Below, piece after piece: positions 16,312 to 22,894 of a stretch of DNA of 32,000 nt (position 1 is its first letter; the number at the start of each line of letters is the position of its first letter). The notes below the pieces were generated by a model. That model worked only from the letters and a program-made list of their open reading frames with translations, made no database searches and was not told the DNA's origin. The stretch is from Chlamydiota bacterium (GTDB lineage: Bacteria > Auribacterota > JACPWU01), in NCBI GenBank assembly GCA_016196885.1, contig JACPWU010000020.1, positions 1 to 32,000 on the forward strand, read 5' to 3'. Made by a program: the position numbers and the translations under genes.

Positions 16312-17204
16312 AAGGCAAAAATCTCTCTAAACATTTCCATCAAAAGGGAAAATCCGTACGTGCCGTGGACGCCGTGGACTTGACCCTTGAAAAAGGCGAA
16401 GTGCTTGGAATCGTCGGAGAAAGCGGCTCTGGGAAATCAACGCTCGCCAAACTTTTGACGGACCAAATAGCCCCAAGCTCAGGAGAAATTTTATTAGAAG
16501 GAAAAAGATTAAGCAGTTACCCCAGAAAAGAAAAAGCCTCTCTTATCCAAATGGTCTTTCAAGATGGGTCCTCTTCCCTGGATCCCAAAATGAAGCTCAT
16601 GGATATTTTGACCGAGGGATGGCTGATTCACCAAACCCATCCTCCAAAAGAAATGCAAAAGAAAATATTAGAATGGCTTGAGTCCTTTCAACTCTCTGGC
16701 GAAATTCTAAATCGAAAACCCAGAGAACTGAGTGGAGGACAACTTCAACGCGTTGCCCTCGCCAGAACTTTAAGCATTCATCCTAAAATCCTCATCGCCG
16801 ATGAACCCACGGCCTCTTTGGATCTGGCCCTAAGGAATCAAGTCATTCAACTTTTGAGAAAAAAAGTCAAGGAGATGAATCTCTCCCTCATTCTCATCTC
16901 TCATGATTTAGACACCGTCCTTTCCTTGGCTGATAAAATTTATGTCATGTTTAGAGGACGCATGCTTGAAAAAGGAACAACTCTACAAATCTCAAAAAAT
17001 TTTATTCACCCCTATACCCAGAGACTCCTTCAACCTCAGAAAACCTTGATACATGAAATCCATTGGAACGACCTTTCCGCTTCCTTCGAATGGGCAAACG
17101 CCTGTCCCTTCAACAACGTCTGCCGAAATGCATTTGAAAAATGCCAATCCTTCCCTCCTTGGAAAATTTACGGAGAAAAACACGAAGCTTTGTGTCATTA
17201 TTAA
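16296..17204 (+). CDS. Peptide ABC transporter ATP-binding protein (OppF/DppF-like) with Cys-rich C-terminal extension
   Basis: Walker A GESGSGKST, signature LSGGQLQR and Walker B LIADEPTASLD. The C-terminal segment HPYTQRLL...ACPFNNVCRNAFEKC...ALC is present. Confidence 0.9.
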   Translation: MPLLLEGKNLSKHFHQKGKSVRAVDAVDLTLEKGEVLGIVGESGSGKSTLAKLLTDQIAPSSGEILLEGKRLSSYPRKEKASLIQMVFQDGSSSLDPKMKLMDILTEGWLIHQTHPPKEMQKKILEWLESFQLSGEILNRKPRELSGGQLQRVALARTLSIHPKILIADEPTASLDLALRNQVIQLLRKKVKEMNLSLILISHDLDTVLSLADKIYVMFRGRMLEKGTTLQISKNFIHPYTQRLLQPQKTLIHEIHWNDLSASFEWANACPFNNVCRNAFEKCQSFPPWKIYGEKHEALCHY

Positions 17205-17241
17205 ATACAATTATCAATTGCTTTTATAAAAGGAGTGAAAC

Positions 17242-17739
17242 ATGGCCACGGAAAGTTCTTTCGATATCGTATCCAAAGTCAATCTTCAAGAAGTAGACAA
17301 CGCCATCAATCAAACAGGTAAAATGATTCTCACACGCTACGATTTAAAAGGAACCTCTTGCAAGGTCGCATTCGACAAAAAAGAAAATCAGATTCAAATC
17401 GGTGCTCCCGATAAAATGAAGCACGAGGCCGTCTCTGATATTTTGAAAGAGCGATTGGCCTCGCGTGGAATTTCCCTTAAATCCATTGAATGGTCTCTTC
17501 CTGAGCAAGCCCTAGACGGCTCCCTTCACCAAAACGTAAAATTAAAAATGGGCATCCCCGCAGACACGGCCAAGGACCTCTCAAAAATGATTCGAGATCT
17601 TAAACTGAAGGTGCAACCCCAGATCCAAGCAGATCAAATTCGAGTCACAGGCAAAAACAAAGATGATCTTCAATCGGTCATCCAATTTTTGAGAGAAAAG
17701 GAGTTGACCGTCCCTCTTCAATTCATCAATTTTCGTTAG
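17242..17739 (+). CDS. yajQ: YajQ family nucleotide/cyclic-di-GMP-binding protein (UPF0234)
   Basis: 165 aa. The N-terminus SFDIVSKVNLQEVDNAINQ and the overall length are typical of YajQ. AAGGAG RBS upstream. Confidence 0.85.
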   Translation: MATESSFDIVSKVNLQEVDNAINQTGKMILTRYDLKGTSCKVAFDKKENQIQIGAPDKMKHEAVSDILKERLASRGISLKSIEWSLPEQALDGSLHQNVKLKMGIPADTAKDLSKMIRDLKLKVQPQIQADQIRVTGKNKDDLQSVIQFLREKELTVPLQFINFR

Positions 17740-17806
17740 CCTCTTATTTTCTTGATTTCAAAAGCAGCCTTATGGTAATTTTTAGATCTCAACCAGGAGG
17801 AGAAAA

Positions 17807-18400
17807 ATGAGTAATAAGTGGATGATTTTGATGCTTTCGTGTTTGACCTTTATAGGTTCACAAGCCTTTGCAGAACAAAAGTTTGGCGTAGATGTTTATC
17901 CGGGCGCAACCGCGGACTCCGCGCTGACAGACCTGTCCAAAGAGAGTGCCGATAAAATGCAGGAGGGAATTCCGGAAGCCAGCCGCATCAAGTTCGAACA
18001 AGAAGTTTATGTGACTTCCGACTCATTCGATAAAGTGCTTGAATTCTATGAGAAAATCTTCGGCATGAAGGCTGCAGAGTTTGATCCTCAAAACCCATCG
18101 GCCCTCAAACCAGAAGGCTTTGCCCTCCTTCAATCGGTAGAGATGAAAGACGTCGCAACCTCTGCAAAGATTTTTAATCCTACTCTGGACGGTTCCAAAT
18201 ACGAAGGACAAGTAAAACTGGCCCTTTTCAATAAACCTGATCTACCCATGGTTCAAATTGTGGATCAAGGACTCAACTGGAAAAGCGGTGAGGTCATCAA
18301 AAAAACAGTTGTTGGAATTACCAAGCAGCCAGAGATGCCCAAGCTTCCCGAATCCGCTCCTGAAGCACCTGCTGCAGGCACCCCAACAGCATCCAAGTAA
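17807..18400 (+). CDS. Secreted protein of unknown function with Pro/Ala-rich C-terminal tail
   Basis: Signal peptide MSNKWMILMLSCLTFIGSQAFA, AGGAGG RBS upstream and a strong terminator downstream. Confidence 0.6.
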   Translation: MSNKWMILMLSCLTFIGSQAFAEQKFGVDVYPGATADSALTDLSKESADKMQEGIPEASRIKFEQEVYVTSDSFDKVLEFYEKIFGMKAAEFDPQNPSALKPEGFALLQSVEMKDVATSAKIFNPTLDGSKYEGQVKLALFNKPDLPMVQIVDQGLNWKSGEVIKKTVVGITKQPEMPKLPESAPEAPAAGTPTASK

Positions 18401-18423
18401 TTAAGGTTTTAAGTTCAAAAAAA

Positions 18424-18456
18424 GCACACGATTCCTTAAGAATCGTGTGCTTTTTT
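18424..18456 (+). terminator. Rho-independent terminator (bidirectional architecture)
   Basis: GCACACGATTC-cttaa-GAATCGTGTGC forms an 11-bp stem, followed by TTTTTT and preceded by an A-run. Confidence 0.8.
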
Positions 18457-18480
18457 GTCTCTATACAAATCGGGGGAGAA

Positions 18481-18629
18481 ATCTAAAATAGGCATATGCA
18501 CTTGATTCCCCTCAGATAGAAAGAATTTGTAGTCGCCCCATTTATGGGGCAGCCTTGTGCCCCTTGCATGGATTGCCCGATGAATCGGGCGACTACTAGG
18601 GGAATCAAGTGCATATGCCTAATCTAAAA
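18481..18629. mobile_element. MITE-like non-autonomous element (133 bp) with perfect 24-bp terminal inverted repeats and an 8-bp target-site duplication
   Basis: TIR-L is TAGGCATATGCACTTGATTCCCCT (18489-18512). TIR-R is its exact reverse complement (18598-18621). Flanking direct repeats ATCTAAAA lie at 18481-18488 and 18622-18629. There is no ORF inside, and the interior carries the three-way-junction core. Confidence 0.7.
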
Positions 18630-18653
18630 TATCTCGTATGATTTGGAAAAGGA

Positions 18654-18701
18654 TTTCTCAGTCGGACCCTCCGATATACATCGGAGGGTCCGACTGAGAA
18701 A
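18654..18701. repeat. Perfect 22-bp stem / 4-nt loop hairpin
   Basis: TTTCTCAGTCGGACCCTCCGAT-atac-ATCGGAGGGTCCGACTGAGAAA. It lies about 90 nt downstream of the stop of the minus-strand 18794-20608 gene and has only a weak U-tract. Confidence 0.8.
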
Positions 18702-18793
18702 TGACACGCATGATAGACTTAACATCCCAAGTCATTTCGAACGAGACCGAGGCGAGTGAGAAATCTTGCTTTCAACGGAGCCCGCTCTTGGTA

Positions 18794-20608
18794 TCACTCA
18801 GGAGCCATCACAACCGAATCGCTGTTTTTAAACTCTTTTAACACCTTTAAAGCAAAGACATGTTGAGGATTAAAGGTAAGGGCTCGTCTTAAAAGAATTT
18901 TACCCTCAGACACCTTTCCCATTCTTAAAAGAACAGAGGCCAGCTCACAAAGCCTCTCAGGGTCATAAGGATTCATCTTCACCTGAATCTGAAGATGACG
19001 ACGCGCCTCTTCTAGCCGATTCAGCCGAGCATCCACTACGCCTAAATTCCCATGGAGAGAGGCAAAAAAGGGGGCCATGCGAAGCACCTTCTCATAGGCA
19101 TTTCGGGCCTCTTCATTCCTCTTTAAAAAACCATAGAGATAAGCCATTCGATATTGTGCCTCTAAATGCTGAGGATAAACCTCAAGTGCCTTCTCATAAA
19201 AAAGAAGGGCCTGTTCGAAACGCCCCTCACCCTTTTCAAAAACGGCTCTTTTAAAATAACAGTCACTTAAAAAGGGTTTGATAAATCCAAAATGGAAGAA
19301 AAATACAAGAAGGGCCGCTCCCAAAATTCTCAAAAAAGGTTTTAAAATCACTTTCTTTTCATCCAAGGTTATACCTGGCGAGACAAAACCATACCCCCAG
19401 CCCAGCAGGGACCAAAAAAGATAGGCGGACGACATAAAGCGTAAGTTTACATCCAATAAATTTTCAATCCATAAATTCAAAACACCCAGGAGAACCGCAT
19501 AAACAATTGTTCGGTCATTCTTCGGCAAAAACCGCACCCGTCTAAAAACAAATCTCAGCCACGCAAAAACAAAAAAGAAGAAACTCAATACACCCATCAA
19601 CCCCGTTTCCGCGCATAATTCCAAGAGCTCGCAATGGGCATGATCTGTGCTGTCCACACTCTCGGGATAGGCGAAATATTCTGGAGGACGATAAGGGGGA
19701 TAGAAAATCATAAATTGCCCTGCCCCCCATCCCAAGACAGGACTCGACCGTATCATCCCTGCCGCCCCCTTCCAAATCATGGGACGCACATCTTCTGAAA
19801 TCTGCTTTATGAAAGAAGTTCTCGTAAACGGAATGGAAAAGAGAATCATCAGACAAGCACCATACCCTAGCCATATTCCAACACGCCTTCGAGAAAGGCC
19901 TGAGAACAAAAAAACGAGGAAAAATCCTGCCCCCGCCAAACTCAAAATGACCGCCCAAGATCTTATGAAAGAAACATTCACAACAAAAAGTAACAATGCC
20001 AAAACCCCCAGCGCCTTCCAGACCTTTCGATCCTCCCTCAATTCAAGCAGCAAGAGAGGGAGCATGGCTACAAGATAGGCTCCAAACGCATTCGGATTTC
20101 CAAAAGTAGAGATGGGCTTATTTCCGGTCCAGGGACTTAAATGAAAAAGGATTTGAACAGTCCCAATTAAAAGGACAGAGAGCAACCCGACAAGATGAAA
20201 CCTTAAGAAAACCGTTCGTGAAAAACTTTTACTTAAAAAAGCATATGCAAAAAAAAGAAAAATAACAGCCGTCAGCTCAAAAAAATAACTCCCTCCGTGA
20301 TAAAAAGTGGAACGAACCCATAAGCTCAAGAAGTTGACCCCGAGAAAAAGAGCCAAGCTGACATTCACCCAAAGGGAGGGGAATTTCCACCTCCCTAAAT
20401 TTCCCCTGGCCAGAAAGAGACCTCCGGCACAAAAGAATAGAATCCCCACTCCTAAATTTTTACCTAAAGTCGGGGTATAGGTCACTTCGCTATAGAGACA
20501 AGGGATGAGGATCCAGGAGAGAAAAAAAAGCTTCTCTATCCAAGAAAGAATCTCTGATTTTTGTTGAGTGTTTGAAATGGGGTGTTTGGTTATGTTAGAC
20601 AGATACAT
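18794..20608 (-). CDS. O-antigen ligase family (Wzy_C; WaaL/PglL/TfpO-like) polytopic membrane protein fused to C-terminal TPR repeats
   Basis: At least 10 TM helices and a large loop with the conserved-His motif DHAHCELLELCAETGLMG. The C-terminal ~170 aa is TPR-like (ALLFYEKALEVYPQH..., ARNAYEKVLRMAP...). The start is uncertain, either the ATG at 20608 or the GTG at 20629, which lies inside a repeat. Confidence 0.8.
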   Translation of the reverse strand: MYLSNITKHPISNTQQKSEILSWIEKLFFLSWILIPCLYSEVTYTPTLGKNLGVGILFFCAGGLFLARGNLGRWKFPSLWVNVSLALFLGVNFLSLWVRSTFYHGGSYFFELTAVIFLFFAYAFLSKSFSRTVFLRFHLVGLLSVLLIGTVQILFHLSPWTGNKPISTFGNPNAFGAYLVAMLPLLLLELREDRKVWKALGVLALLLFVVNVSFIRSWAVILSLAGAGFFLVFLFSGLSRRRVGIWLGYGACLMILFSIPFTRTSFIKQISEDVRPMIWKGAAGMIRSSPVLGWGAGQFMIFYPPYRPPEYFAYPESVDSTDHAHCELLELCAETGLMGVLSFFFFVFAWLRFVFRRVRFLPKNDRTIVYAVLLGVLNLWIENLLDVNLRFMSSAYLFWSLLGWGYGFVSPGITLDEKKVILKPFLRILGAALLVFFFHFGFIKPFLSDCYFKRAVFEKGEGRFEQALLFYEKALEVYPQHLEAQYRMAYLYGFLKRNEEARNAYEKVLRMAPFFASLHGNLGVVDARLNRLEEARRHLQIQVKMNPYDPERLCELASVLLRMGKVSEGKILLRRALTFNPQHVFALKVLKEFKNSDSVVMAPE

Positions 20609-20617
20609 TTTCTTATT

Positions 20618-20711
20618 GGCATATTGCACTTGATTCCCCTCGATGGCAAGAATTTCTAGCCGCCCGATTTATCGGGCAGTCCATACACGGCCCCATAAGT
20701 GGGGCGACTCC
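20618..20711. repeat. Partial copy of the MITE / three-way-junction element (one TIR plus core)
   Basis: GGCATATTGCACTTGATTCCCCT (20618-20640) matches TIR-L with a 1-nt insertion. The core hairpins CCCGA-TTTA-TCGGG and CCCCA-TAAG-TGGGG are present, the outer stem is degenerate, and no second TIR is found. Confidence 0.7.
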
Positions 20712-20714
20712 ATT

Positions 20715-20752
20715 AAAAAACAAGAGACACCACCTGGTGTCTCTTGTTTTTT
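20715..20752 (-). terminator. Rho-independent terminator after the pilin gene
   Basis: AAAAAACAAGAGACACC-acct-GGTGTCTCTTGTTTTTT gives a perfect stem. On the minus strand it is followed by a U-tract, 27 nt after the pilin stop. Confidence 0.85.
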
Positions 20753-20778
20753 AAAATCCAACTCCTGCCGAGAACAAA

Positions 20779-21276
20779 TTAACTGACCGTATTGGACGGC
20801 GCTGACGCTGCGCTATCCACGTGACCATCCACATGCAACACGTTGAAGGATCGCGGGGCGTCATGACGAGCCGTATCATCATTGGAAATGGCAGAATCTG
20901 AGTTGCTGTTTTCTGAGAGCGTATCGTCATAATTAAAGTCTGACGCACCACTCGCAGCCACACTACTAGAAGAAGGACACAAGTAAACATTCAGATCTGT
21001 CAAATAATCCGTTTGCATCAACGTCAAAGATGTTTTGCCATCAACGGTGGTATCTCCATTGTTTGGAAATTGTTCATTATAGTCAATGGAATACGTATGC
21101 AAAGCCGTACCAATTTGCTTCAAGTTGTTAATGCATTTGGTCTGAGCTGCACGACGACGTGCCTTGGCCAAAGCAGGAAGCAACATGCTGGCTAAAATTG
21201 CAATAATCGCAATGACGACCAGCAATTCAATCAAGGTAAAACCTTTTTTGCTTTTTCTTAAATATAAGAGTCGCAT
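20779..21276 (-). CDS. Prepilin-type N-terminal cleavage/methylation domain protein (pilin/pseudopilin of the H-X9-DG-like class)
   Basis: [34 protein letters not shown] at the N-terminus and NVLHVDGHV near the C-terminus. A Ser/Asp-rich middle region is present and the last residue is Ser (..APSNTVS). AAAGGAGAG RBS upstream. Confidence 0.85.
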   Translation of the reverse strand: MRLLYLRKSKKGFTLIELLVVIAIIAILASMLLPALAKARRRAAQTKCINNLKQIGTALHTYSIDYNEQFPNNGDTTVDGKTSLTLMQTDYLTDLNVYLCPSSSSVAASGASDFNYDDTLSENSNSDSAISNDDTARHDAPRSFNVLHVDGHVDSAASAPSNTVS

Positions 21277-21316
21277 ACTTCTCTCCTTTCATGAATAAAG
21301 AGTTTGACTAAGATTA

Positions 21317-21332
21317 AGCAAGTTTTATTCCA
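21317..21332 (-). promoter_or_regulatory. Sigma54 (-24/-12) promoter upstream of the pilin gene
   Basis: The minus strand reads TGGAATAAAACTTGCT, that is GG-N10-GC with TGG and TTGC cores. It lies about 40 nt upstream of the ATG at 21276, and an NtrC-family activator is encoded immediately upstream. Confidence 0.65.
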
Positions 21333-21460
21333 CAGAAAAGATTAAAGCCTAAATAAGGGATGATTTCTTAACTATCTATGAATGAATAGGTTATAAATAA
21401 TAAGTCTGAGTAAGAACGAACAATTTTGTAAGAGACTCTGACTTTAGGCGCGATATACAC

Positions 21461-22840
21461 TCATTCTGCGTTTAAATCACGCCTGTCCTTAAAATACTTT
21501 AACAGATAATGCCTCAGGGCATGACGAGACAAGCCAAGGGCCTGTGCGGCAAGGCTCACGCGGTTTTGATTTTTCTCAAGGGCCCAAAGAATCATTTGCT
21601 TTTCATAATTTTCAACGGCATTCTTAAAATCTATTTTACCGTCCGTTTCCATCTTTCCCCGAGTTAAGTCTTTTGAATGAAGAATTTCCCTCGGTAAAAA
21701 TTCATTTCGAATCAAATTTCCCTTTTCAAGAATGATAGAGCGTTCAATGATATTGCGCAATTCCCGAACATTGCCCGGCCAATCGTACTCAGTCAAAACT
21801 TTCAAAGCCTCAGGATGGACCCCTTGGATGTCTTTTCCATAGAGCACATTAAAATGACGAATAAAATGGCCGATGAGTTTGGAAATATCGCTGATTCTCT
21901 CCCGCAAAGGCGGGATTGCTAGCGTCATCACATTGAGCCTAAAATATAAGTCTTCTCTAAACGATCCCTCTTGAATCGCTTTTTTCAAATCCTGATGGGT
22001 CGCTGCAATAATCCTCACCCGTGTTTGAATGAAATCTGTCCCTCCCACTCTTTGAAACTTACCATCTTCCAACACTCTCAAAATTTTGGCCTGCAAGGCC
22101 AAGGGCATGTCTGCGATCTCATCCAAGTAAAGGGTTCCTCCCTCTGCGATTTCAAACTTACCTTTTTTGGTATAAAGCGCCCCCGTAAAGGAACCTTTCT
22201 CATGCCCAAAAAGCTCGCTTTCAAGAAGAGCCTCTGGAATGGCTGCGCAATTGACCGGGATAAACATTTTATCATGGCACAGACTCAGCTCATGAATGGC
22301 TTTGGCTACCAATTCTTTACCCGTCCCACTTTCTCCGTGAATGAGAACCGTCGCCTGCGTGGGGGCCACGGTTTGAATCATCTGACGAATCGCCGCCATG
22401 AGAGAATCATCGCCGATGATCTCATTTAAGGCCTTTTGGCCCTGGAGCGTTTCTTTGAGCTCCCGATTCTCCTTTTGAATGGAGCAAAATTCCAAGGCCC
22501 GCCTGACAGAAAAAATAATCTCATCCGGATCAAAAGGTTTTGAAACATAATCAAAGGCTCCGGCCTTAATGGCCTCCACTGCAGACTTAGGAGTTGCATA
22601 AGCCGTAATCATAATGACGGGAAGAGCTTTTTTTTTCTTCACGGCTTGGAGAAGATCTAATCCACTCATCTCGGACATTTTCATGTCCGTGATCATCAAA
22701 TCAAAGGGACTCTCCTCCATTTTCTGAAGCGCTATTTCAGCACTGTTCGCAAGAACCACCCGAAAACCCTCCTCACGAAAAATGGCCTCCAAGGAGATCA
22801 ACATATTTTTCTCATCATCCACAATCAAAAGAGACGGCAT
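21461..22840 (-). CDS. Sigma54-dependent response regulator (NtrC/PilR family: REC + AAA+ + Fis-type HTH)
   Basis: REC domain (LIVDDE...DLMITDMKM), Walker A GESGTGKE, ESELFGHEKGSFTGA (GAFTGA-type loop) and the C-terminal HTH LAAQALGLSRHALRHYL. Confidence 0.9.
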   Translation of the reverse strand: MPSLLIVDDEKNMLISLEAIFREEGFRVVLANSAEIALQKMEESPFDLMITDMKMSEMSGLDLLQAVKKKKALPVIMITAYATPKSAVEAIKAGAFDYVSKPFDPDEIIFSVRRALEFCSIQKENRELKETLQGQKALNEIIGDDSLMAAIRQMIQTVAPTQATVLIHGESGTGKELVAKAIHELSLCHDKMFIPVNCAAIPEALLESELFGHEKGSFTGALYTKKGKFEIAEGGTLYLDEIADMPLALQAKILRVLEDGKFQRVGGTDFIQTRVRIIAATHQDLKKAIQEGSFREDLYFRLNVMTLAIPPLRERISDISKLIGHFIRHFNVLYGKDIQGVHPEALKVLTEYDWPGNVRELRNIIERSIILEKGNLIRNEFLPREILHSKDLTRGKMETDGKIDFKNAVENYEKQMILWALEKNQNRVSLAAQALGLSRHALRHYLLKYFKDRRDLNAE

Positions 22841-22850
22841 ATTAAACTCA

Positions 22851-22885
22851 GTTCCTAGTTTTTAGTTCTTAGTTTTTAGTTCACT
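22851..22885. repeat. Five tandem heptamers (GTTYYTA) in the kinase-regulator spacer
   Basis: GTTCCTA GTTTTTA GTTCTTA GTTTTTA GTTCACT occupies most of the 54-nt spacer. Confidence 0.85.
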
Positions 22886-22894
22886 CGTCATAAC

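Noticed and set aside
17752-17780. Possible sigma70 promoter (TTGATT ... TATGGT/GTAATT) upstream of the secreted-protein gene.
   Set aside because: The spacing to the better -10 candidate is only 13 nt, and the 17-nt alternative has a poor -10. This is not strong enough to report as a feature.
20617-20628. TGGCATATTGCA looks like a sigma54 -24/-12 element.
   Set aside because: The GG-to-GC spacing is 6 nt rather than 10. It is on the plus strand, pointing away from any gene, and it is part of the MITE terminal repeat, also present at 18490-18500.
21971-22429. Antisense or out-of-frame ORFs from the track lying inside well-supported genes. Examples: 747-1019, 1131-1492, 2271-2465, 3065-3299, 4102-4344, 5328-5587, 6936-7343, 7404-8147, 8455-8727, 8814-9110, 13610-14308, 15612-16250, 19542-20078, 20751-21195, 21971-22429, 23544-23762, 24272-24837, 26082-26519, 28651-29249 and 30282-31378.
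   Set aside because: Each is fully embedded in, or opposite to, a longer ORF with clear family motifs. They lack ribosome-binding sites and have low-complexity or compositionally odd translations, so they are shadow ORFs.
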